Shown here piece by piece: positions 18,690-28,190 of a stretch of DNA of 53,362 nucleotides (the stretch's first letter is position 1; every line of letters starts with the position of its first letter). The stretch comes from a virus (Duplodnaviria; Caudoviricetes): IMG/VR virus record IMGVR_UViG_3300035670_000279, positions 1 through 53,362 of that record, one strand, 5' to 3'. The translations under genes were made by a program, and so were the position numbers. The notes below the pieces were generated by a model, which did no database searches, was not told the DNA's origin, and worked only from the letters and a program-made list of their open reading frames with translations.

Positions 18690-20951
18690 ATGTCCGAAGC
18701 AAAATCACAAGTCCAGGTGTCGATCACTGCGCAGCTTGGGCAGCAATTTACTCAAGCATTCCAGTCAGCCGACAAGCGGATGCAGGCGCTGGGCAAGACC
18801 GCTACTGATCTCAACAAGAAGATCGGCGATGTTCAGGCTTACCGCCGCCAGCAAAATGCCCTGAAAGACTCCGCCAACCAGCTGACCCAGGCCAAGGCGA
18901 AGGTTGCCGCGCTGCGCAAGGAGATCTCCGCGTCGGAGGCCCCAACCCGCAAGCAGGCTTCTGCTCTGGCGGCTGCCGAAAGGCAGGCCACACGGGCTGC
19001 CTCTGCCTACCAGCAGGCCCGCACCAAGCTGGCGGACATGGGGCGCGAGCTGCAGCGCAACGGCGTCAACGTCGCCAACCTGTCGAAGGAATACAAAGGA
19101 CTCCAGACGCAGGTAACGAGAGCCAATGCCGCGCAGACCAAGGCAGAGACATCACTGCGGCGCCAGCAGGCGATCGTCCGGGGGATGGCTACCTCCTGGA
19201 GCGGGATCAGCAAGGCTGCCATCGGGGTGACCGCCGCGGGCGCTGTGCTGGCCCAGCCCACCAAGAAGGCGCTGTCCTACGAGGAGCAGCTGGCCTATGC
19301 CACCGACACGGCTGGCGCTGGCAAGAGCTCCAAGGACAAGGCGGCGCTGCAGAAGCAGCTCTCCGACGCAGTGGACAACGCCCGTCGCTACTCTGGCGGC
19401 TCCTCGCGCGAGGACGTGATGTCCGCGCTATCCACCATGATCGCCTCGGGCAAATTCTCCGATCAGGAGGCGATGTCCCTGCTGCCGATCGTGGCGCGCA
19501 CAGCCTTCGCTGGTAACGCCAACTCTGAGGACATCGCCAAGACGGCGATCGCCATGAAGTCGTTCGGGATCCGCGACCTTGGCGGCGAGTTCGACAAGAT
19601 GCTGCGCGCTGGCCAGCTCGGTAACTTCGAGCTCAAGGACATGGCGCGGTACCTACCCAACCAGCTCGCGATGGCCAGGGCTGCCGGTTACTCCGGCTCG
19701 CAGGGGATCACGGATCTCCTGGCGATGAACCAGGTGGCGATGCGCACCGCTGGCACCCAGGACGAGGCTGGCAACAACGTCGTTAACCTGCTGCAGAAGT
19801 TCTCATCCCGCGAGTTCTCCGACTCGATCGCCAAGAATATCTCCGTGCGCTACGGGGATCCGTCTACCCGGGACAAGAAGGGAAAGCGCAGCTTTGACTG
19901 GGCCGGTTACATGATGGCCCAGCGCGAGAAGGGGGTGGGGGCCATCGAAGCCTTTGCCACGCTGCTCGACCGCCAGATGGCCGGCAACAAGGACTATCAG
20001 AAGCTCCAGAAGCGGATCTCTGGGGCCTCCTCCAACGAGGAGCGGCAGCAGATGCTCTCCTCCATGGCGAACATCGCCGAGGGCAGCCAGATCGGCCAGA
20101 TCATCGCTGACCGTCAGGCGCTGATGGCAGCCTTGGCGTCGCTCTACGGCCGTAAGGAAATGGGGGATCTGAAAACCGGCATGGCTGGTGCTGGTGGCTC
20201 GGTCAACCAATCCTATGACTACCTGAGCCGCCAGAATTTCGCCCAGTCCAAGATCCTGGGCGGTAACGTCGATCGCGCCAACGAGCAGGCTTACAACTCG
20301 GTATCCGGTCCGCTGGGTACCGTAATCGAGAAGCTCAACGAGGCGGCGACCGAGTTCCCGAAATTGACCACTGCCGCCTACGGCGCGGCCGCTGCACTCT
20401 CTGCGGTGGCGGCTGCTGGGATCGGTATGGGGGCCTTCGACCTGCTCAAGAAACGCGGGGCAGGGGCCGCTGCTGGCACTGCTGCCGGTGCTGCTGCTGG
20501 GGCTGCTGTACGCGGCGGCGCCTGGCGGGCTGGGCTGGGCCGCCTGGGGATGTATGGCGCTGCGGCATGGGGTGGTTTGCAGGCTGCCGAGTGGGCTGGT
20601 CTGCCCAACGTCGACGAGGCGAAGGGCAAGGAGGCACTGGCCAAGGGCGACATGCTCGGGGCGTCCCTCTACCTGCCGGCAACCGACTTCCTCAAGGCTG
20701 CCTGGGACAAGCTGACCGAGAATAATGCGGAGGCTGAGAAAGCTGCGCAGTCTGCGGCGGAGGCCGCCAAGGCTGCCCAGAGCCGCCCCAACATCGCGTA
20801 CAGCCCGACGTACCAATTCACTTACCAGGGCGTTGGCGCGCCGAATGATGCGCTGGCGGCCCGTGCCGAGTTCGAGCGGATGATGCGAGAGGCCGACCTC
20901 AAGCGGAATGCCGACATGCGCTCGCTCATGACTGACCGTTTGGGGGATTGA
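18690..20951 (+). CDS. Tail tape measure protein
   Basis: About 750 aa, Ala-rich and helical; GNFELKDMARYLP and EAGNNVVNLLQK motifs. Confidence 0.92.
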   Translation: MSEAKSQVQVSITAQLGQQFTQAFQSADKRMQALGKTATDLNKKIGDVQAYRRQQNALKDSANQLTQAKAKVAALRKEISASEAPTRKQASALAAAERQATRAASAYQQARTKLADMGRELQRNGVNVANLSKEYKGLQTQVTRANAAQTKAETSLRRQQAIVRGMATSWSGISKAAIGVTAAGAVLAQPTKKALSYEEQLAYATDTAGAGKSSKDKAALQKQLSDAVDNARRYSGGSSREDVMSALSTMIASGKFSDQEAMSLLPIVARTAFAGNANSEDIAKTAIAMKSFGIRDLGGEFDKMLRAGQLGNFELKDMARYLPNQLAMARAAGYSGSQGITDLLAMNQVAMRTAGTQDEAGNNVVNLLQKFSSREFSDSIAKNISVRYGDPSTRDKKGKRSFDWAGYMMAQREKGVGAIEAFATLLDRQMAGNKDYQKLQKRISGASSNEERQQMLSSMANIAEGSQIGQIIADRQALMAALASLYGRKEMGDLKTGMAGAGGSVNQSYDYLSRQNFAQSKILGGNVDRANEQAYNSVSGPLGTVIEKLNEAATEFPKLTTAAYGAAAALSAVAAAGIGMGAFDLLKKRGAGAAAGTAAGAAAGAAVRGGAWRAGLGRLGMYGAAAWGGLQAAEWAGLPNVDEAKGKEALAKGDMLGASLYLPATDFLKAAWDKLTENNAEAEKAAQSAAEAAKAAQSRPNIAYSPTYQFTYQGVGAPNDALAARAEFERMMREADLKRNADMRSLMTDRLGD

Positions 20952-21892
20952 TGGCTGGCTACATGGCAAAACTGGGGTCGTTCGTGTTCGGCCTCAACAC
21001 TGCTGGGTTCTCCCAGCTGGAGCGGCGCTCCTCCCACGACTGGGCGGAGCAAAAGCGGATCGGCCGCAAGCCGGCGATGCAAAGCGTGGGGCCTGGTGCT
21101 GACACCATTTCGCTGCAGGGGGTGATCTATCCGCACTTCCGCGGCGGCCTCGGCCAGGTCGGTGCGATGCGTGCTTTGCAAGGCAGCGGGGAACCGCTGG
21201 CACTGGTCTACGCCTTCGAGAGCTCTGGGCAGTTCTGCGGCCGTTGGTGCATCAAGGAGATCACCGAGGGGCGGACCGTCTTTTTCTCAAACGGCATGCC
21301 GCGCAAAATCGAGTTCTCCCTGGAGCTGGTGGAATACGGCGAGGACGACGACTACTCGCCGGGCGAAGGGCTGACCGACACAGTGGCATCGGTTGCCGGG
21401 GGCTCTGCCGGCGACGCCGGCGCTGTGCTGTCAGCCTCCAATGCTGCGGTTGGTCAGAGCGGCGCGATGTCTACTGCCGGCCGCCTTGGAGACACCATGG
21501 GGTCGATCTCCTCGACGATTGGCGGGGCCTATGATGCCTTTGCCTCGAGCGGCCCTGGGCAGATCCTGCGCACAACCGTAATGAACGGCAGCAACATCCT
21601 GGGGGTGGCCTCCAACCTCTCCAACTGGGCCACGGCGATCAAGGCCGCCAAGGGCAACCCGAGCGCCATGTTTGATGCCCTGCAGGGAGCAGCTGGTGCT
21701 GCTGGATCTGCCTCCAACATCCTCGGCGGCTTCGCTGGTGAGCTGGGGCTGAATCTTGGCTTGGTAAATGGTTCCTCTGGCTCCTCGCTATTCGCGAAGG
21801 AGCTTTCCACTTCCATCGGCGACATGCGCGAGCTGGCCACCTCCTGCGGTGACCTGCAGAGCGCCGCCGGCATCCTCTCGGGGAAACTCTGA
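20951..21892 (+). CDS. Tail protein U-like (tube initiator) with long Gly/Ser/Ala C-terminal extension
   Basis: LGSFVF, WAEQKRIGRKPAMQSVGPG and PRKIEFSLEL motifs. Confidence 0.85.
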   Translation: MAGYMAKLGSFVFGLNTAGFSQLERRSSHDWAEQKRIGRKPAMQSVGPGADTISLQGVIYPHFRGGLGQVGAMRALQGSGEPLALVYAFESSGQFCGRWCIKEITEGRTVFFSNGMPRKIEFSLELVEYGEDDDYSPGEGLTDTVASVAGGSAGDAGAVLSASNAAVGQSGAMSTAGRLGDTMGSISSTIGGAYDAFASSGPGQILRTTVMNGSNILGVASNLSNWATAIKAAKGNPSAMFDALQGAAGAAGSASNILGGFAGELGLNLGLVNGSSGSSLFAKELSTSIGDMRELATSCGDLQSAAGILSGKL

Positions 21893-22107
21893 TGGCTGAT
21901 ACCTACTACGTGACCAGCTCCGGCGACATGCTCGACGAGATCTGCCAGCGCTTCTACGGGCAGCAGTCCGGCGCCGTGGAGATTGTGCTGTCCTCCAACC
22001 CTGGCCTGGCGGATCTCGGCCCGGTGCTGCCGGTGAACGTGTCAATCGTGCTGCCGGAGATCTCCAAGCCTGCGAAGGAGGCCCAGCCGATCCGGCTGTG
22101 GGATTGA
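21892..22107 (+). CDS. Tail protein X (LysM-like)
   Basis: GDMLDEICQRFYG, NPGLAD and IRLWD motifs. Confidence 0.92.
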   Translation: MADTYYVTSSGDMLDEICQRFYGQQSGAVEIVLSSNPGLADLGPVLPVNVSIVLPEISKPAKEAQPIRLWD

Positions 22108-22108
22108 T

Positions 22109-23089
22109 ATGCAAGTAGCTTTCAAAATCGAGGTGGATGGCAAGCAGGACATCACCAAGCTGATCGCTGACCGCTTGCTGTCCCTGGAGATAATCGACCG
22201 GGCCGGGGTGAAGTCTGACCGGTTGACGATCGAGATTGACGACCGGGACCAGCGCCTCGAGATCCCACGCACCGGCGCCAAGCTTGCCGTGTGGCTGGGT
22301 TATGTCGGGGAGGATCTGGTCAAGGTTGGACAGTTCGCCGTGGACGGGGTGGATCTCGCTGGGCCAACCCGCACCATGACGATCGGGGCCAACGCTGTCG
22401 ACATGAACGGCAGCATCAAGGCCCCGAAGGAGCGCAGCTTCGACGAGTACACCCTGGGCGATCTGGCGAGTGTGATCGCTGCCGACAACGGGCTCAAGCT
22501 CTCGATCTCCGACAAGCTGGGCAAGAAGAAGTTAGGCCACGTCGACCAGACCGAGAGCGACATGCAGCTGCTTACCCGCGAGGCCACCAAGTATGGGGCC
22601 ACGGTGAAGGTTGCGGATGGTCGTCTGGTGGTTGCTGACCGGGCCTCCGGCAAGGCCAACTCCGGCAAGGCTCTCCCGAAAATAGAGATCCGGTCATCGG
22701 ATTGTGCGTCCTGGTCCGCTTCGGTCATCGAGCGCACCAACTACAAGTCGGTGCGGGCCTACTACCAGGATCTGGACAAGGCCGAACGGGTAGGGGTCAC
22801 CGCCGGATCCGGCAAGCCTGAGCTGGTGCTCAAGAACTCTTATTCGTCGCCGGAGGAAGCGCAGGAGGCTGCCAACAACAAGCTGGCCTCGATCGGCCGT
22901 GGCCAGTCCACGGTGCAGGTTTCCGGCATGGTGGGTAATCCTTCCCTGGCGGCTGAGTGCATCGCGGACCTGATAGATTTCCGGGCCGGCGTTGACGGCG
23001 ATAACTGGGTGGTGAACCAAGTAACCCACCGGGTCAGCCGTAACGGCTACACTAACGACGTGGAGCTGGAGCAGAAGGACAAAAAATAA
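22109..23089 (+). CDS. Baseplate hub/late control protein D
   Basis: RLLSLEIIDRAGVKSDRL, VWLGY and HVDQTESD motifs. Confidence 0.92.
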   Translation: MQVAFKIEVDGKQDITKLIADRLLSLEIIDRAGVKSDRLTIEIDDRDQRLEIPRTGAKLAVWLGYVGEDLVKVGQFAVDGVDLAGPTRTMTIGANAVDMNGSIKAPKERSFDEYTLGDLASVIAADNGLKLSISDKLGKKKLGHVDQTESDMQLLTREATKYGATVKVADGRLVVADRASGKANSGKALPKIEIRSSDCASWSASVIERTNYKSVRAYYQDLDKAERVGVTAGSGKPELVLKNSYSSPEEAQEAANNKLASIGRGQSTVQVSGMVGNPSLAAECIADLIDFRAGVDGDNWVVNQVTHRVSRNGYTNDVELEQKDKK

Positions 23090-23190
23090 CAGCTTACCCA
23101 TTTCTGGCGATAGCCGTATGGACGTATAATGACCACTGTAAATTGTAAAAGAATATTACAGGCTTGTTTTTTTAGTACGGGGTATTGGGG

Positions 23191-23520
23191 ATGATTGATT
23201 TTGACCCGAGCAAGCTGTGGGCCTCTGTTGAGTTATGGGTTGCTGGTGCTGTCGGTGCTGCTGCGTCGCTCCGTTTTTCTGACGACATCAACACATTCGG
23301 CAAGCGCCTCACCGCCATCGCTTCTGGAGCTGCAGCAGCTCACTACCTGACCCCGATGGTAATGGAACACCTGGGCATCGCGTCGACGCGGGCTGGCGGT
23401 GTGGCGTTCCTGCTGGGGTTGTTTGGAATGTCCATCGCCGCTTCCATCATTCGCGCGATCAAGACTGCTGACTTGTGGGCTTTTGTTCGTAGTCGGTGGG
23501 GTGGCGGCAAGGAGGAATGA
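23191..23520 (+). CDS. Putative holin
   Basis: Three hydrophobic segments; AFLLGLFGMS motif; first gene of the lysis cassette. Confidence 0.75.
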   Translation: MIDFDPSKLWASVELWVAGAVGAAASLRFSDDINTFGKRLTAIASGAAAAHYLTPMVMEHLGIASTRAGGVAFLLGLFGMSIAASIIRAIKTADLWAFVRSRWGGGKEE

Positions 23521-23521
23521 C

Positions 23522-23842
23522 ATGCTGCTGCACCTGAATATTTTTGCCTGTTCCATTATCGTCGCCTGGTCACTGTGGGCCACGTTGTCGCGACGTGTAG
23601 AGGTGGGGGCGTTCGGCAAAACTCTACTGTGCTATGCCTGCCTGTCTGCTTTTGCGGTGGCGCTTGGCCCTGAATACGGGTACCGAGCGCCGCATCCATC
23701 CGAAGTAAATCTCAACGTGGCCCTGGCTCTGCTGGGGCTGCGTCAAGTGTTTGTCAAATATTGGTGGAACCGGATCCGGGATCGCTTCTTCTGCAGCGAC
23801 TGCCCGCGCCGGCGTTCCACTGACACCAACGAGCTTTTGTAA
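23522..23842 (+). CDS. Second membrane protein of the lysis cassette (holin/antiholin-like)
   Basis: Several transmembrane segments and a basic C-terminus; between holin and endolysin. Confidence 0.6.
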   Translation: MLLHLNIFACSIIVAWSLWATLSRRVEVGAFGKTLLCYACLSAFAVALGPEYGYRAPHPSEVNLNVALALLGLRQVFVKYWWNRIRDRFFCSDCPRRRSTDTNELL

Positions 23843-23851
23843 GGGGGTTCT

Positions 23852-24325
23852 ATGAAGTGGATTGACGAGGCCCGCAAATTCATCGGGCTGACCGAGATCA
23901 AGGGGCCGAAGCATAACCCGGAAATCGTGCGCTTCTGGCAGGACATCAAGCGCAGCGGGATCAAGGACGACGAAACCCCGTGGTGTGCGGCGTTCGTCGG
24001 CGCCATGCTCGAGCGTGTCGGGATCCGCTCCTCGCGTTTCGAGGGGGCCAAGTCCTATCTGGAGTGGGGCGACAAGCTGGATCGGCCGGTGCTCGGCTGC
24101 GTCGTGGTGTTCTCCCGCGAGGGCGGCGGACACGTCGGTTTTGTGGTGGGCCAGGACAAGGCCGGCAACATCCTGGTGCTGGGTGGCAATCAGTCAGACG
24201 CTGTGAACGTGAAGGGCTTCCCGCTCTCCCGCGTTACCGGGTACCGCTGGCCGACTGGTGAGCCTCTGCCTCGCGGTGATCTGCCGGTGCTGGCCGCTGC
24301 CGACATCTCGAGGAACGAGGCGTGA
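23852..24325 (+). CDS. Endolysin, TIGR02594/NlpC-P60 (CHAP-like) type
   Basis: DDETPWCAAFV, GGGHVGFVVG and LGGNQSDAV motifs (Cys/His dyad). Confidence 0.88.
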   Translation: MKWIDEARKFIGLTEIKGPKHNPEIVRFWQDIKRSGIKDDETPWCAAFVGAMLERVGIRSSRFEGAKSYLEWGDKLDRPVLGCVVVFSREGGGHVGFVVGQDKAGNILVLGGNQSDAVNVKGFPLSRVTGYRWPTGEPLPRGDLPVLAAADISRNEA

Positions 24326-24861
24326 TCCCCGTCCCTTCCGACGCCCTGCGGACATGGCTGCCACGCCTGCTGCTGGTGGCCGGAGTCGTGCTGCTGGGCT
24401 GGTGGCTTCACCACTCCATCGACGCTGCAGGTTATGCTCGCGCCGATCTGGAATGGCAGGCCAAGTGGAACAAGCAGGCCGAGGCTCTGGCCAAAGCCAA
24501 GGCCGATGCCGTGGTGCTGGCGCGCGAGGAAGAACAGCGCCGCCAGTCCGAGATCGACAAGGTGAGACAAGATGCTGAAAAACAGATCGCCATGGCTGAG
24601 TCTGATGCTGCTGCTGCCAGTGCTGCTGCTGACAGCCTGCACGAACAGGCCCGCCGACTGGCAGCCAGAGCAAATCAATGCGCCGGCAATCCCGCAGCTT
24701 CCCAGCCAGGCCAGGCAACTGCCCAGCCCGGCGTGGTGCTCGCCGACGTGCTCCGCCGGGCTGACGAAAGAGCGGGCCAGCTGGCAGCAGCTTATGACCG
24801 ATCCCGTGCCGCAGGGTTAGCCTGCGAGCGCGCCTATGACTCCCTGCTCAGTGAGAGATAA
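24322..24861 (+). CDS. Inner-membrane spanin (Rz-like, DUF2514-type)
   Basis: N-terminal TM segment, coiled coil, C-terminal AGLACERAYD. Confidence 0.85.
   Translation: MIPVPSDALRTWLPRLLLVAGVVLLGWWLHHSIDAAGYARADLEWQAKWNKQAEALAKAKADAVVLAREEEQRRQSEIDKVRQDAEKQIAMAESDAAAASAAADSLHEQARRLAARANQCAGNPAASQPGQATAQPGVVLADVLRRADERAGQLAAAYDRSRAAGLACERAYDSLLSER
24572..24820 (+). CDS. Outer-membrane spanin (Rz1-like lipoprotein) embedded in Rz
   Basis: Lipobox LLLTAC and Pro-rich body, in the +1 frame inside the Rz gene. Confidence 0.8.
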   Translation: MLKNRSPWLSLMLLLPVLLLTACTNRPADWQPEQINAPAIPQLPSQARQLPSPAWCSPTCSAGLTKERASWQQLMTDPVPQG

Positions 24862-24881
24862 CAACTACGCTCCCTGCGATT

Positions 24882-24908
24882 GCCCGGCCCCGTTGCCGGG
24901 CTTTTTTT
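24882..24908 (+). terminator. Late operon terminator
   Basis: GCCCGGC...GCCGGGC followed by T7. Confidence 0.8.
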
Positions 24909-25005
24909 ATGCCTAAAGTATTTGCAATGTAAATAGATGGGCGCTATATTTGAGTTGTTCCAAGCAGGCAGCAGTTTTCAGCATCGATTATTAGGAGTTC
25001 ACTAC

Positions 25006-25638
25006 ATGAATGACCAACAACACACACCGGGGCCTTGGGTAGTGGGCACGGTCTCTGAGGGAGTTTTTGTGTCTGGGGCGGACCGCAGTGTCATCGCCAA
25101 AATGTTGCCTGATGGGCCAAACAAAGAGGCTGACGCCCGCCGCATTGTGGCATGCGTGAATGCACTGCAAGGAGTGCCGACAGAAGAACTTGAAGAGGCC
25201 GCATCTTTTGGCATCAAGGATGTCCGTGTCGGCAACCTGTTTAGCGCCAGCATGGAGCTACAGCGCCAGCTTTCCGATATGACCAATCAGCGTGACCAAG
25301 CCCGCACCGACGCCGCAACCTGGGAAGCTCGCGCCGTCAAAGAGGCCAGCAGAGCCCACGACCTAGAGCAGCGGTGTGACGAACTGAATGAACACTTCTC
25401 CAAAGCCAATGAATGGGCCAAGGGTGAACACGCTCGCATCTGCGCCGCAGAAGACCGCCAGAGAGCCGCCGAACAACAGCGCGACGAGCTGCTGGCGGCG
25501 CTGGAGGGAGTAGTTGATTTTCTCACCTACGTTAATGGCGACCAGAGACTTGTGGGAATACGCGAGGGCAGCGACATCAGTGAGGAGATGGCACCGTTCC
25601 TCGCCGCCATCGCCAAGGCCAAAGGGGAGGCTGTATGA
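25006..25638 (+). CDS. Hypothetical phage protein (HTPGPW / ADARRIVACVNA family)
   Basis: AGGAG RBS; motifs common in temperate-phage early genes. Confidence 0.7.
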   Translation: MNDQQHTPGPWVVGTVSEGVFVSGADRSVIAKMLPDGPNKEADARRIVACVNALQGVPTEELEEAASFGIKDVRVGNLFSASMELQRQLSDMTNQRDQARTDAATWEARAVKEASRAHDLEQRCDELNEHFSKANEWAKGEHARICAAEDRQRAAEQQRDELLAALEGVVDFLTYVNGDQRLVGIREGSDISEEMAPFLAAIAKAKGEAV

Positions 25639-25895
25639 GCCAACACACCCCAGATCACCTGAAGAACCTGACTGAGAAGTTCAAGTTTCAGCCGGTGGGC
25701 GGTGGTCATAAATTCGTGGTCGGCACTGCGGCCTCGCCGTCAGTCGTCTATCAGGATCAGCTGCGCGGCAAGATCATCTCCGAGCTGCAAAAGAATAGTC
25801 GGCTGTTCCGGGTGAATACCGGTGGCAGCCATTGGCCTGACATCATGCTGCCAGATGGCTCAGGACTCGACGTGAACAAAGGCGGTGCAGCATGA
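25635..25895 (+). CDS. Hypothetical protein
   Basis: ATGA-coupled to the upstream gene; GGAGG RBS. Confidence 0.6.
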   Translation: MSQHTPDHLKNLTEKFKFQPVGGGHKFVVGTAASPSVVYQDQLRGKIISELQKNSRLFRVNTGGSHWPDIMLPDGSGLDVNKGGAA

Positions 25896-26140
25896 GCGAT
25901 GACCAAAGCAGGTTGGAACTCACGTTCACCAATCAGGTGGTAAGCCGCGAAACCATCAATGAGGCCATGCAGCCCTTCATTGGGATGGAGATAACACCAG
26001 ATCTGATTGAAGAGATAAAGCTAACTCTGCTGGCCATACCCGTCATTGATGTGCAGGTAAGCGTGACGACAAGCGAGCAGACTTGTTGCCAAGGCGGCCC
26101 GCAGTGGGGCCACGCCTGGGATTGCCAGAAGCTGCCGTGA
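25892..26140 (+). CDS. Hypothetical protein
   Basis: ATGA-coupled; Cys-rich C-terminus. Confidence 0.55.
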   Translation: MSDDQSRLELTFTNQVVSRETINEAMQPFIGMEITPDLIEEIKLTLLAIPVIDVQVSVTTSEQTCCQGGPQWGHAWDCQKLP

Positions 26141-26218
26141 ACGCCATGTAATTGCTAAACGGAGCGCGCGCGTCAAGCATGAGCTCCTGCGCAGTCGCAG
26201 TAGGCGCAGCATAATTTC

Positions 26219-26244
26219 AGCCCGGCTATGTGCCGGGCTTTTTT
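26219..26244 (+). terminator. Terminator overlapping the integrase stop codon
   Basis: AGCCCGGC...GCCGGGCT followed by a T run. Confidence 0.7.
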
Positions 26245-27305
26245 GTCACCATATCCAGCCACGCCCACCCCTCCATGCAGTCTCCGCTCTGCCTGATGTG
26301 GGTATACCGCTTAAGGCTCTGCCAGCTCTGGTGGCCGGATACCGTTGCCACCTTTGGGATGCTCCACCCGATCTCGAACAGGCGGCTGATTCCGTGGTGG
26401 CGCAGGTCGTGGAAGTGGAGATCCTCGATCTCGAGTATTTTTCCTGCCCTGGTGAATGCCGCACTCACCGCGTCGGTGCTGTAGGGGAAGATCCTCTCGC
26501 TGGTCATGGGCTGGGCCTGAATGATGGCGAGCGCCTCTGGGGGGAGCTCAAGCCACTGGTGGTTCCCTTCCTTGTCGTCTGGGTGCTTCATGTCGCGCAC
26601 CAGGAGCCGGCTGTGTTGCTCGTCGAGGTCTGCCCATCGCACTCGCAAGATCTCTTCCTGCCGCCTGGTGCTGTAAATGGCAAACGCGATGATGGCCTGC
26701 ATAGGCAGGCTGTCCTTGCGACGCGCCCGCACCTTGCCGAAGTGGTTCATGAGCTTTTCCAGCTCCTGCATTGTCGGCCGCCGCTCTCTCTCCTTGCTCT
26801 TGCCTGTAACTCCCAGACGCTTGGCGACGGCGAATGCGTCGTTCATAGCCTGCTGATCCAGGGGGTACCCCCAAGCCGGGCGGGCGATTGCAAAGATAGC
26901 TGCCAGGTGACTGAGATAGTTAGCTACGGTCTGCGGCTTGGCCCGCTCGCCGATCCTGTTGGCGAAGGCGAGGAGATCCTTGCTGGCGATTCGGCTGCAG
27001 CGCATCTGCGCCAGCTGGTCCCTCTTGATGGCGCCGAGCACCTGCTGCTTGGTGCGCCCGATGGTTTTTCGGCTCTCCGTCGTGTACTGGTCGATCACGT
27101 CGGCCAGTTTCGGGTTGTCCTGGTCTGCCAGCGCGTCCGGCTGGTCGAGCTCCTCCTCCCTCCTGGCGGCCCACGCCGTAGCCTTGCGCTTGGTGTCGAA
27201 CGTCTTGTTTTCGCGGTGGATGATTTGCCCCTCTCGCTTGATCACGATCTGGGCCATGTAGGCCGTGGAGCCGTCTTTGCGCTGGCGTTCAGAAATCGAG
27301 GCCAT
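26226..27305 (-). CDS. Tyrosine integrase, dusA-associated type
   Basis: Catalytic R (STRRQEE), K (DMKHP), HDLRH, H (SGHQSW) and Y (LKRYTH); divergent from dusA-like 5' cassettes; real start MASIS at 27305. Confidence 0.92.
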   Translation of the reverse strand: MASISERQRKDGSTAYMAQIVIKREGQIIHRENKTFDTKRKATAWAARREEELDQPDALADQDNPKLADVIDQYTTESRKTIGRTKQQVLGAIKRDQLAQMRCSRIASKDLLAFANRIGERAKPQTVANYLSHLAAIFAIARPAWGYPLDQQAMNDAFAVAKRLGVTGKSKERERRPTMQELEKLMNHFGKVRARRKDSLPMQAIIAFAIYSTRRQEEILRVRWADLDEQHSRLLVRDMKHPDDKEGNHQWLELPPEALAIIQAQPMTSERIFPYSTDAVSAAFTRAGKILEIEDLHFHDLRHHGISRLFEIGWSIPKVATVSGHQSWQSLKRYTHIRQSGDCMEGWAWLDMVTKKPGT

Positions 27306-27435
27306 GGTCTCTCCGGTACAACGTGGGCCGATGTTGGCCGAAATGTTGTACTCGCAGCTGGCCAACGGTTCTACAGCGATGTGCGGTGGCTTGTCACTTT
27401 TTGGTGGCGGATAGGGAAAAGGCTTGCAGGTGCAA

Positions 27436-27543
27436 ATGGATAGGCGGTTTTCTGACAAATGGCTTTTCAGTGTCGCGCCTATGATGGATGGGACCGAACA
27501 GGGCAAATTCGCTTGTCGTCACAGGTGGTTGATTTGGCAGTAG
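27436..27543 (+). other. attP core 1 / dusA 5'-replacement cassette (MDRRFSDKWLFSVAPMMDGTE...)
   Basis: Translation matches the conserved DusA N-terminus RFSVAPM(L/M)DWTDR. Confidence 0.75.
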
Positions 27544-27560
27544 CTTGCGAGTCGTACCGG

Positions 27561-27635
27561 ATGTTGTATTTCAGCGGCCGCTGGCGCTTCTGCGTTGCGC
27601 CGCTCATGGACTGGACGGACCGCCCTGAAAAATAA
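27561..27635 (+). other. attP core 2 / dusA 5'-replacement cassette (MLYFSGRWRFCVAPLMDWTDRPEK)
   Basis: Translation matches the DusA N-terminus including MDWTDR. Confidence 0.8.
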
Positions 27636-27793
27636 AGCGGCAGAAGGCGTTTAGGCCCTCTGCCGCTTGTGTGTTGTACCTAATGTGGTACCGCGTCAGC
27701 GTATAAAGATTGCGATCAGCGCCCCTATGCCGGCGCAGGTCAGATTGTTGATCGCCAATAAGATAGCGACGCCAACAACGTCATTGCCCTTGC

Positions 27794-28012
27794 TCACTGC
27801 TTCGCTCGCACGATGGTGGGCAGGTTGTCGTTGTCCGGGTCTAGTCGCTTAATTTCCAGCATCCATCGAATGGCGTTCTGCGCCAATTCCGGGCAGTTGC
27901 TGCCGGTGCGCCAGTTCCTAAACGTCTGGCGCGTGACACCCAGTGCGGTTGCAATTTTCCGGTCGCTTAGGCCGAGGGACTGCTGAACAGAAATGATCTC
28001 GTCGGTAGTCAT
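27794..28012 (-). CDS. Small XRE/Cro-like HTH regulator
   Basis: LGLSDRKIATALGVTRQTFRNWRTG; operator-like palindrome upstream at 28061. Confidence 0.75.
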   Translation of the reverse strand: MTTDEIISVQQSLGLSDRKIATALGVTRQTFRNWRTGSNCPELAQNAIRWMLEIKRLDPDNDNLPTIVRAKQ

Positions 28013-28190
28013 GATTTCCCTGTGTTTGCGGGTTGACAGGGTGAAATTTAGGCACCGGAAATTACATTGCAATTAGGTAATTTTTTGCCGATTGCGGTGT
28101 GATCATATCGCAACAAAGCCCGCTCGCGCGGGCTTCTTTCAATCGTTCACTGTTTTGCGCAATTTTCTTGCGGCGTGAATCAACTTTCCG

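Noticed and set aside
27306..27506. 67-aa N-terminal extension of the integrase in the ORF track
   Set aside because: It overlaps the att arm sites and core 1; the family-typical start MASIS with a GGAGA RBS is at 27305.
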